This document shows positions 18,750 through 27,033 of a stretch of 64,000 bases of DNA, piece by piece. Location: positions 128,741-192,740 of the forward strand of contig JBBTQS010000001.1 in the NCBI GenBank assembly GCA_038065555.1, written 5' to 3'. This DNA is from Patescibacteria group bacterium (GTDB lineage: Bacteria > Patescibacteriota > Patescibacteriia > Magasanikbacterales > JBBTQS01). The notes under the pieces are model-generated. The model searched no databases and was not told the origin of the DNA. It saw nothing but the letters and a program-made list of their open reading frames with translations. The translations under genes and the position numbers were made by a program. Each line of letters starts with the position of its first letter. Positions within the stretch are counted from its first letter, which is position 1.

Positions 18750-21452
18750 ATGATGAAATTTCTCTCAACATTCTTTGGTGATGCGAATGAACGGACCGTG
18801 CGCGAGTTACGGCAGGTTGCTGAGTTAGTGAATGCGCAAGAAGCAGTGATTTCGCCGCTTTCTGATGAGGCTCTGCGCGCAAAGACAGTAGAGCTACGTG
18901 AGCGCCATGCTGCAGGAGCGTCACTCGACGATCTGTTGCCAGAGGCGTTTGCTGTGGTGCGCGAAGCTGCACGTCGCGTGTTAGGGCAGCGTCATTACGA
19001 TGTTCAGCTCATGGGTGGTGTTGTTCTCCATCGCGGTCAAATTGCGGAAATGCGTACCGGTGAAGGTAAGACGCTTACTTCCACACTTCCAGTGTATCTC
19101 AATGCGATTGCTGGTAATGGAGTGCACGTGGTGACCGTGAACGACTATCTCGCGCGTCGCGACGCGGTGTGGATGGGACGCGTGTTCAAATTCTTGGGCA
19201 TGTCTGTTGGTATTATCCAGAACCTGCAGGTGAGTTATGTTTTTGATCCGGAATTTGCTGGAACCAATCCTGAAGATGCTGGATTGCGTCCATCGACGCG
19301 CCAGGAATCGTATCAGTGCGATATCACGTACGGAACGAACAACGAATTTGGTTTTGATTATTTGCGTGACAACATGGTGCAGGATTCGGCGCACATGGTG
19401 CAGCGACCGTTTTCTTTTGCCATCGTGGATGAGCTCGATTCGATTCTCATCGATGAAGCGCGTACACCGCTGATTATTTCTGCACCTGCGGCAGATGCAA
19501 GTGATGAGTATTACAAGTATGCAGCGCTTGCAAGCAAGCTCGTGCCTGAAGAAGATTTCAAGGTAGACGAGAAGTTGCGTGCTGCGACACTCACCGATGG
19601 TGGTATTGCGAAGATGGAGCAGTGGTTGGGCATTGAGAACCTCTATGCAGACGGGAGTACTCGTGCTGCACACTTTGCAGAATCAGCAGTGAAGGCGCGT
19701 GCGCTCTTCCATCGAGACAAGGAATATGTGGTGCGTGAAGGCGAGATTGTCATTGTCGACGAGTTCACTGGACGCATGATGTTCGGACGTCGCTACAATC
19801 AGGGTCTGCACCAAGCGATCGAAGCAAAGGAAGGTGTGAAGATTCAGCAGGAGAGTCAGACGCTCGGAACCGTGACGTTCCAGAATTATTTCCGTCTCTA
19901 TCCGAAGCTCGGTGGTATGACTGGTACTGCCATGACCGAGGCAGAAGAGTTCCACAAAATTTACAAGCTCGAAGTTGTAGTGATTCCAACGCATCGCGAC
20001 AACATTCGTGTGGACCATCAGGACCTGATTTACAAGACAGAAGAGGGCAAGATTCGCGCGGTTATTGCTGATGTGAAGGCGCGCCACGAGAAGGGACAGC
20101 CCGTGCTCATTGGTACCATCTCCATTGAGAAGAACGAGCTTCTCTCACTGCTTCTGGAGCAGCAAGGAGTGCCGCACGAAATGTTGAATGCCAAGAACCA
20201 CCAGCGAGAAGCAGAAATCATTGCACAAGCTGGACGTCGTGGTGCTGTGACGCTTGCAACGAACATGGCTGGGCGTGGTGTGGACATTATCCTCGGTGGT
20301 AATCCACCAGACGTTGAGGAAGCGCGCAAGGTGCGTGAACTCGGCGGTCTCTATGTCATCGGTACAGAGCGTCATGAATCACGCCGTATCGACAACCAGC
20401 TGCGTGGACGCGCAGGTCGCCAGGGTGATCCTGGTGAGACACAATTTTACGTTTCTACCGAAGACGATCTCATGCGCATTTTTGCAGGAGATCGCATGAA
20501 GACAATGATGGAGCGATTGAAACTCGATGAGGATACGCCGATTTCGCATCCGTTCATCTCTAAGGCGCTCGAGAACGCGCAGAAAAAGGTCGAAGGGAAT
20601 AACTTCGACACGCGTAAGCATTTGTTGGATTACGATGATGTGCTCAACAAGCATCGCGAAGTGTTCTATCGCCGTCGTCGCGAGGTTCTTGTTGCTGCGC
20701 AGGCTGAAGTTGGAGATGGTTCACTCGATGCATTAGTGCAGGATATGATGCGTGAGGAAGTGCGAGTAACGGTGGAGGAGTATACCCAGAGTGAGAACGC
20801 GTCGCAGTGGAATCGCGAGTCACTTGTAGCAGCATTACAACTCCTCGAACCATCAGCAGATGGCATTGTTGCTACTGCATGGGATGATCCAGCACTGAGC
20901 CCCGAAGCGAGCCGCGAACAAATCATCACGCAATTGCAGGAGCGATTGTTGTCTCGTCATGCTGAGCTCATCGCATCGATGGAACCTCAGGTTGCCCGCG
21001 ACATGGAGCGCTCTATTATGTTGCGCGCCATGGACGCATTGTGGATCGAACATCTTGAGGCTGTAGATCAGTTGCGTACAGGTATTGGTTTGCAAGGATA
21101 TGGTCAGCGTGATCCACTCGTGGAGTATCGCCGTGAGACGCATCGTCTCTTCACCATGCTCATGACGCTCATTCGTCGTGATAGTGTCCTTGCGCTCGCA
21201 CAAGTTCGCGGTGCAGTGCAGTCCTACAATGGAATGCTCGCAGCGCGCCAAGTGCAACTCTCTGGTGCAGCAAAGACCATGCAAGAGACCGCTGCAACGT
21301 CAACCGACGGTCAGCTGATGGAGTCCACACTTGGACAGGCTGCCGTTGCCGTATCCTCACTTTCGCCCGTTGAATCAGGCGACAAGGTGGGACGCAATGA
21401 GCCATGTCACTGCGGCTCAGGCAAGAAGTTCAAGAAGTGTCATGGTGCGTAA
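18750..21452 (+). CDS. secA: Preprotein translocase ATPase SecA.
   Basis: DEAD-like motor motifs (MRTGEGKT, IVDEVDSILIDEA) and C-terminal zinc finger CHCGSGKKFKKCHG. TTG at 18741 or ATG at 18750. Confidence 0.95.
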   Translation: MMKFLSTFFGDANERTVRELRQVAELVNAQEAVISPLSDEALRAKTVELRERHAAGASLDDLLPEAFAVVREAARRVLGQRHYDVQLMGGVVLHRGQIAEMRTGEGKTLTSTLPVYLNAIAGNGVHVVTVNDYLARRDAVWMGRVFKFLGMSVGIIQNLQVSYVFDPEFAGTNPEDAGLRPSTRQESYQCDITYGTNNEFGFDYLRDNMVQDSAHMVQRPFSFAIVDELDSILIDEARTPLIISAPAADASDEYYKYAALASKLVPEEDFKVDEKLRAATLTDGGIAKMEQWLGIENLYADGSTRAAHFAESAVKARALFHRDKEYVVREGEIVIVDEFTGRMMFGRRYNQGLHQAIEAKEGVKIQQESQTLGTVTFQNYFRLYPKLGGMTGTAMTEAEEFHKIYKLEVVVIPTHRDNIRVDHQDLIYKTEEGKIRAVIADVKARHEKGQPVLIGTISIEKNELLSLLLEQQGVPHEMLNAKNHQREAEIIAQAGRRGAVTLATNMAGRGVDIILGGNPPDVEEARKVRELGGLYVIGTERHESRRIDNQLRGRAGRQGDPGETQFYVSTEDDLMRIFAGDRMKTMMERLKLDEDTPISHPFISKALENAQKKVEGNNFDTRKHLLDYDDVLNKHREVFYRRRREVLVAAQAEVGDGSLDALVQDMMREEVRVTVEEYTQSENASQWNRESLVAALQLLEPSADGIVATAWDDPALSPEASREQIITQLQERLLSRHAELIASMEPQVARDMERSIMLRAMDALWIEHLEAVDQLRTGIGLQGYGQRDPLVEYRRETHRLFTMLMTLIRRDSVLALAQVRGAVQSYNGMLAARQVQLSGAAKTMQETAATSTDGQLMESTLGQAAVAVSSLSPVESGDKVGRNEPCHCGSGKKFKKCHGA

Positions 21453-21720
21453 AAATGAAAAAGCTCGGGACTCGCACAGCGGTTAGGCTGATTGTGTCCC
21501 GAGCTCCAGATCAGTTAGGTAGGTCGGATCGTCAATCCGGAGTCGTCACCCGTTTCGCTTGGCGCCGCGTGTGCTGGTATGCTGCGGTGTGCCATCTTTT
21601 TTCAGAAGGGTTCGCGACTGTGCGCATTGCGAAATGCCAATAAACTGATCTGGAGCGAGTCTAGCACAACACGTCATTTTTGTCAAGTAGGCAATAGACA
21701 CTACGAAATTGATCTCAAAT

Positions 21721-22290
21721 ATGCATATTATTCTCGGTTCTTCCTCAGCATCTCGTCAGCAGGTGATGCGTGAGCTGGGGTTGCCATTTACGATTGTTAC
21801 GCCTGACATCGATGAGAAGTCGATTCGATTTGATGATCCAGAGACGCTCACGTTGGCTATTGCCAATGCGAAGGCTGATGCGGTGGCCGACAAGCTCACG
21901 GAGTCGGGGATCGTCATTGCGTCAGATCACGTGGAAGTCTGCGATGGAGTGATCTATGAAAAGCCTTCAAGTGAACAAGAAATTCGCGAGCTGTATAAGC
22001 ACTTCAGCAATCGTGAGCTCGTGGGGTACTCAGCAGTCGTGGTACTCAACACTGCGACTGGGAAGCGCGCGCAAGGTATCGAGCGTGCATCATTCATGTA
22101 TCGCGAAATTCCCGATGCAGTGCTCACGCAGTACATTGCAGAAGGGGATCCGTGGAATGCCGCGGGTGCTATTCGCGTGCAGAACGAGTTGCTCCTTCCG
22201 TATTTGGAATATTTGCACGGTGGAGTTGATGTGATTATGGGGTTGCCCAAAGCATTGACACTTCGTCTCGTCGAAGAAGTGCAGAACTAG
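21721..22290 (+). CDS. maf: Maf-like nucleoside triphosphate pyrophosphatase (septum formation protein Maf).
   Basis: MHIILGSSSASRQQVMRELGL N-terminus characteristic of Maf/Ham1-like. Confidence 0.85.
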   Translation: MHIILGSSSASRQQVMRELGLPFTIVTPDIDEKSIRFDDPETLTLAIANAKADAVADKLTESGIVIASDHVEVCDGVIYEKPSSEQEIRELYKHFSNRELVGYSAVVVLNTATGKRAQGIERASFMYREIPDAVLTQYIAEGDPWNAAGAIRVQNELLLPYLEYLHGGVDVIMGLPKALTLRLVEEVQN

Positions 22291-22357
22291 GTGACTCGTG
22301 TTATCCACTTGTACTTTTTTGGTTCTTCAGCGTACAATACGGCCGTAATTTCAGCCT

Positions 22358-24397
22358 ATGCTTCAGATTCAAGATACACCTGAGAAACGTGCGCAATTGC
22401 GTACGAAGTTCTATGTCCTCGTGATTGCATGTATTGCGCTCGTGCTCTTCGTAGCGCCAGGTGCGTACAACCGGCTTTCGAGCTGGGTCAACAGCAAGAC
22501 CAACGTCAGTATTGGTCAATTGCACTTCGATCCATTCCGTCTCGGACTGGATCTGCAAGGTGGTGCACATTTGGTGTACGAAGTGGACACACGTCCAGTT
22601 CCAGCAGATGAAAATGTTGATGACGCAGTGGAAGGTGTACGCAATGTCGTGAATCGTCGTGTAAATGCATTTGGCGTAGGCGAACCAATTATTCAGACCA
22701 ACAAGAGCGGGGATACCCATCGCATTATTGTTGAATTGCCAGGTGTCTCTGACATGAACGCCGCAATTAGCGCGATTGGCAAAACGCCGATTCTTGAGTT
22801 CAAAGAAGTGGGCGAAGCAACAACAACACCGCTCACCGCAGAGGAAAAGGCCGAAATCGTAACAAAGAATACAGAGTCTAAGGCAGTGATTACCAAGGCG
22901 CTCGATGCACTTCGCAAGGGTCGCAGCCTCGATGATGTAGCAAAAGAGTTTTCTCAATTGACAGCGGCAAAGGAAAAGGGTGCAGACATGGGGCTGATTG
23001 ACGATCAATATGATGACGCAAAATTGATCGCATGGCTCAAGGCAAATCGTCCAGGCACTACTTCTGGATTCCTCGAAACGGACAAAGGGTTCTACATTCT
23101 CAAGAATAACGAAACAACAACCGGCCCAATCAAGGTGAAGGTTCGTCACATCCTCATCTGTCATCAAGGCGCAGACCAGTGTGGATTAAATATTACTGAG
23201 GAAGAGGCGCTGCGTCAGGCGAGCGAATTGCGTGGAACGCTCACGCCGCAGAATTTCGCAGAACAGGCGACGCTACGCTCTACAGATGGTTCTGCAAGCC
23301 AGGGTGGTGCACTACCAGAGTTCGGACGTAATGAAATGATTCCTGTTTTTCAGGACGCAGCATTTGCACTCAAGACAGGGGAGATTAGCCAGCCAGTGAA
23401 GTCACAGTATGGCTACCACATTATTTACAAGGAGAGTGAAGTGCGTGGAACGACCTTCAAGGTGAGTGGTGTCTATGCGCAGAAGTTCACAGAAGCAGAT
23501 TTCCAGGACGCGGCAAGTGAGTGGAAGAATACGGGACTTGGTGGCGCGCAACTTGTGCGATCTGCAGTGCAGTATGATCCTAATACCAACGCTCCTACCG
23601 TTGGACTTGAGTTCAGTGACGAAGGTGAGAAACTCTTCGCAGAGATTACTCGTCGCAACATTGGCAAGCCAATCGCTATTTTTCTCGATGGCGAAATCAT
23701 CAGTCAGCCTACGGTGAATACGGAGATTACGACGGGTGAAGCTGTGATTGAAGGTGATTTCACATTATCGCAGGCTCGTACGTTGGTTCGTGAGCTCAAT
23801 GCGGGTGCATTGCCACTTCCGGTGAAGTTGGTTTCACAACAAAAGGTAGATGCGAGTCTTGGATCTGAGTCACTCGACAAGAGTCTCATGGCAGCTCTCA
23901 TTGGGTTCGGGTTGGTGAGTCTCTTCGTGATTTTGTACTACCGACTCATGGGCGTGCTCGCGGTACTGGGATTGGGTGTGTACACGCTTATCGTTCTTGC
24001 ACTCTTCAAGATCGTTCCTGTCACCATGACCGCATCGGGTATTGCAGGATTTATCTTGTCACTTGGTACGGCGATTGATGCCAATATTCTGATCTTCGAG
24101 CGTATCAAGGAAGAGCGCCGATTGGGCAAGCGATTGCACGCAGCAATTGAAGAAGGATTTGTTCGCGCTTGGCCATCGATTCGTGATAGCAATGTTTCGA
24201 CGCTCATTACCTGTGTCATTCTCTTCTGGTTCGGAACGAGTATGGTGCGTGGATTTGCTCTGACGTTGTCCATCGGTGTTCTTGTTACCATGTTTACTGC
24301 AGTATTTGTGATCAGACTCTTCATTCGTCTGGTTGTACCACGTTTGGACGAACACACGAAGCTCGTGCTGGGAGCACCTGAGACCCCACGCGAATAA
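22358..24397 (+). CDS. secD: Protein translocase subunit SecD, with a ~190-aa parvulin/PpiC-type PPIase insertion in the periplasmic P1 domain.
   Basis: SecD N-terminal TM+P1 (LDLQGGAHLVYEVD), conserved IAIFLDGEIISQPTV and a 6-TM C-terminal domain. Residues ~175-362 carry parvulin motifs (VRHILI ... GGALPEFGRNEMIPVFQDAAFALKTGEIS ... YGYHIIYK) plus an upstream degenerate parvulin-like half. Confidence 0.9.
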   Translation: MLQIQDTPEKRAQLRTKFYVLVIACIALVLFVAPGAYNRLSSWVNSKTNVSIGQLHFDPFRLGLDLQGGAHLVYEVDTRPVPADENVDDAVEGVRNVVNRRVNAFGVGEPIIQTNKSGDTHRIIVELPGVSDMNAAISAIGKTPILEFKEVGEATTTPLTAEEKAEIVTKNTESKAVITKALDALRKGRSLDDVAKEFSQLTAAKEKGADMGLIDDQYDDAKLIAWLKANRPGTTSGFLETDKGFYILKNNETTTGPIKVKVRHILICHQGADQCGLNITEEEALRQASELRGTLTPQNFAEQATLRSTDGSASQGGALPEFGRNEMIPVFQDAAFALKTGEISQPVKSQYGYHIIYKESEVRGTTFKVSGVYAQKFTEADFQDAASEWKNTGLGGAQLVRSAVQYDPNTNAPTVGLEFSDEGEKLFAEITRRNIGKPIAIFLDGEIISQPTVNTEITTGEAVIEGDFTLSQARTLVRELNAGALPLPVKLVSQQKVDASLGSESLDKSLMAALIGFGLVSLFVILYYRLMGVLAVLGLGVYTLIVLALFKIVPVTMTASGIAGFILSLGTAIDANILIFERIKEERRLGKRLHAAIEEGFVRAWPSIRDSNVSTLITCVILFWFGTSMVRGFALTLSIGVLVTMFTAVFVIRLFIRLVVPRLDEHTKLVLGAPETPRE

Positions 24398-24407
24398 TTC
24401 CACCTCT

Positions 24408-25325
24408 ATGATCTCCATTGTTAAGACACGCAAAGTTTGGTACTCCGCAGCGGTGGTCTATTTGTTCATCGCGATCGCCGCAATCTTCTGGTACGGATTC
24501 AAGCCAGGACTCGACTTCACAGGTGGTGCATTGTTGGAAGTTGATTTCTCTCAGAACCGTCCGTCAACCTCCGTTGTGTACGAAGCACTCAAGCCAATGG
24601 ACCTCGGCACCATTGTTGCGCAGCCAGCAGACGAGCAGGCGATGCTCGTTCGTCTCCCGTTCCTCAGCGTTGAGCAGCATCAGGAAGTGTTGAATCGACT
24701 CGATGAGCTCAACGGTACTGCGCCAATTGTCGAGACACGCTACGAGACCATCGGACCATCGGTGAGCAGTGAGCTGAAATCCAAGTCTATCAGCGCTATT
24801 ATCCTCGTGATTCTCGGAATCATGGTGTACATCACTTGGACGTTCCGCAAAGTATCCAAGCCGATTCCGTCTTGGAACTACGGACTCATTGTCGTTGTCG
24901 CGCTGGTGCACGACGTGATTGTTCCAGCAGGCGTGATGGCTGTCCTTGGTCACTTCCTTGGGTATGAAATCGATACACTGTTCGTTGTTGCATTGTTGAC
25001 GATCCTTGCATTCTCTGTGAACGACACGATTGTGACGTTCGATCGCATTCGCGAAAATCTCGTACGCGCTCCACAACCTGATTTTGCAGACACTGTGGAT
25101 AACAGCATCAACGAGACAATCACGCGATCCCTCGCAACATCATTCGCGGTGCTACTCACCATGTTCGCCGTGTACTTCTTTGGTGGCGAAACTGTTGAGC
25201 ATTTCATGCTCATTATGATCGTTGGAATGATTGCGGGTACGTACTCTTCGATCTTCCTCGCGTCTCCGATGCTCGTAGATCTTGCACGTCGAATGGATGT
25301 GCACAAACTCGTACCAAAAAAATAA
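24408..25325 (+). CDS. secF: Protein translocase subunit SecF.
   Basis: SecF TM+P4 architecture. Starts 11 nt after the secD stop. Confidence 0.9.
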   Translation: MISIVKTRKVWYSAAVVYLFIAIAAIFWYGFKPGLDFTGGALLEVDFSQNRPSTSVVYEALKPMDLGTIVAQPADEQAMLVRLPFLSVEQHQEVLNRLDELNGTAPIVETRYETIGPSVSSELKSKSISAIILVILGIMVYITWTFRKVSKPIPSWNYGLIVVVALVHDVIVPAGVMAVLGHFLGYEIDTLFVVALLTILAFSVNDTIVTFDRIRENLVRAPQPDFADTVDNSINETITRSLATSFAVLLTMFAVYFFGGETVEHFMLIMIVGMIAGTYSSIFLASPMLVDLARRMDVHKLVPKK

Positions 25326-25328
25326 AAG

Positions 25329-25517
25329 GTGTGGTATACTTTGTCTCGTATGGAAGACAAAGTTTGGAGACATATCTACTCATTCGTCACTACGGTGATG
25401 TTCTTCGTGATCTTCACCGGCGCATATTACGCAGGTGCGCATAACTTCTGGTGGATGGGTGTGGTTTTTTTGCCGATCGCGTATCTCGGCGTGTTCAATT
25501 TCTTAGTACCGGATTAG
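25329..25517 (+). CDS. Small hypothetical membrane protein (two TM helices). First gene of the post-secF module.
   Basis: 62-aa ORF packed 4 nt after secF and ending 2 nt before the next gene. Hydrophobic stretches FVTTVMFFVIFTGAYY and WMGVVFLPIAYLGVF. Confidence 0.4.
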   Translation: MWYTLSRMEDKVWRHIYSFVTTVMFFVIFTGAYYAGAHNFWWMGVVFLPIAYLGVFNFLVPD

Positions 25518-25518
25518 C

Positions 25519-27027
25519 ATGTTCCTTCTCGAAGATTTTATCCTGACCATTAATAGCATTTTTGGTCAGCAAATCCATAGCGGATGGGAATTGTTTTTGT
25601 TCTTCTACGTTCATGGCGGGTGGATCATTCTTTTTATGTTCTTGTTTCGCGCCAGCCTCGAGATGTTCTACATCTACCGAGTTGGACGATTCATGGGCCA
25701 GAAGTTCCAATGGCATTTCATTGCCATCGACATTCCGAAGGAGAACGTGCAGACACCAGTTGCAGTAGAGAACATTTTTTCCCACCTTGCAGGTGCGCAC
25801 CAGACACGCGACTTGAAGGAAAAGTATTGGGATGGGCAGTGGCAGCAGTGGTATAGTTTTGAAATTGTAAGCATCGAAGGACACATCCAGTTCATTATCA
25901 TGCTGGAGCATTCGATGCGTGATGTTACTGAATCTGCGATTTATGCGCAGTATCCAGATGCTGAAATCACAGAGATTGAGGACTACGCAAAGGATTTCCC
26001 CAACACTTTCCCAGACAAGGAATACCAGTTGTGGGGGACCGAGTTCGAGCTCGTGAGCAGTCAGTATTTCCCAATCAAGACCTATTCGAGTTTTGAGGAC
26101 AAAATGTCCAAGGACGATCAGTTCAAGGATCCAATGGCTGCGATCCTCGAAACATTCACTCGTATTGGACGTGACGAGCAAGCGTGGTTACAGATCATCG
26201 TCTTCCCGATCGGACAATCATGGAAGGAAGAGGGGTTCAAGATGGCAAAGCAAATGTTGGGCAAGAGCGATCCACCGAAGCGCCATTGGTGGCACGATGT
26301 AGGCGAGTTCCCACTCTATATCCTCAAGCTCGCAGTCTACGGCATTGTAGGTGGTGAGGAAGTACCGAAGTTCGATAATGGGGAGAAGAAGAAGGACGAC
26401 GCCATGATGTTCGGTACATGGAATCTGACCCCGGGTGAGGTTCAGACCATCAAGGAAATGGAAGAGAAAGTATCGAAAATTGGTTACAACGTGAAGATCC
26501 GTGTGGTGTATATTGGTAAAAAAGAAGTCTTCGACAAATCTCGTATTGTGTACGGTATTGTGGGTGCAATGAAGCAGTTCACCCGTGAAGACAGCAACGC
26601 GCTCAAGCCATCATACAAACTTACTGGTACCTCGGCGCACTATATCTTCACTGATGCTCGTAAGAATGTACGAAGAACAAAGATGATCCGCGCGTACAAG
26701 TCGCGCAGTGCGTGGAGTGGTAAGTTGCCATTCGTGTTGAACGTTGAGGAGCTCGCGACCTTGTGGCATTTCCCAATCAAGTCTGTACGTGCGCCGCTTG
26801 TGCAGAAGACAACGAGCAAGCGTGGAGAAGCGCCAGTTGGCCTGCCTATGGTGTTTGAACGCAGAACACCACCGCAGCCCCAAGCTCCTGCAGCAAGTGT
26901 TCCTATGGTGATTCCTGATGAGGTAGCACATGATGTGCTCACCACTGCTGAAATCGATGGAGTACACGGTCAGAGTGCGAAGAATGCAAAGATGACAGAC
27001 GCGCCCGATAATTTGCCCTTTGTTTGA
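25519..27027 (+). CDS. Hypothetical membrane protein (N-terminal 2 TM, then ~430-aa soluble domain). Candidate membrane partner of the downstream coupling-type ATPase.
   Basis: N-terminal hydrophobic pair (WELFLFFYVHGGWIILFMFLF). No recognisable catalytic motifs. Conserved-looking C-terminal segment NVEELATLWHFPIKSVRAPLV. Confidence 0.6.
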   Translation: MFLLEDFILTINSIFGQQIHSGWELFLFFYVHGGWIILFMFLFRASLEMFYIYRVGRFMGQKFQWHFIAIDIPKENVQTPVAVENIFSHLAGAHQTRDLKEKYWDGQWQQWYSFEIVSIEGHIQFIIMLEHSMRDVTESAIYAQYPDAEITEIEDYAKDFPNTFPDKEYQLWGTEFELVSSQYFPIKTYSSFEDKMSKDDQFKDPMAAILETFTRIGRDEQAWLQIIVFPIGQSWKEEGFKMAKQMLGKSDPPKRHWWHDVGEFPLYILKLAVYGIVGGEEVPKFDNGEKKKDDAMMFGTWNLTPGEVQTIKEMEEKVSKIGYNVKIRVVYIGKKEVFDKSRIVYGIVGAMKQFTREDSNALKPSYKLTGTSAHYIFTDARKNVRRTKMIRAYKSRSAWSGKLPFVLNVEELATLWHFPIKSVRAPLVQKTTSKRGEAPVGLPMVFERRTPPQPQAPAASVPMVIPDEVAHDVLTTAEIDGVHGQSAKNAKMTDAPDNLPFV

Positions 27028-27033
27028 TATCCT

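Noticed and set aside
21404-21643. 79-aa ORF (and 21579-21773 ORF) in the secA-maf spacer as possible small proteins.
   Set aside because: The first overlaps the secA 3' end in another frame. Both have an Arg/Cys-rich, GC-third-position-poor composition unlike neighbouring genes. Region better treated as non-coding.
22301-23167. 288-aa Cys-rich ORF on the minus strand.
   Set aside because: Lies entirely antisense within secD, whose frame carries strong conserved SecD and parvulin motifs. The Cys richness comes from reverse-complemented GCA/CAG-rich codons. Spurious.
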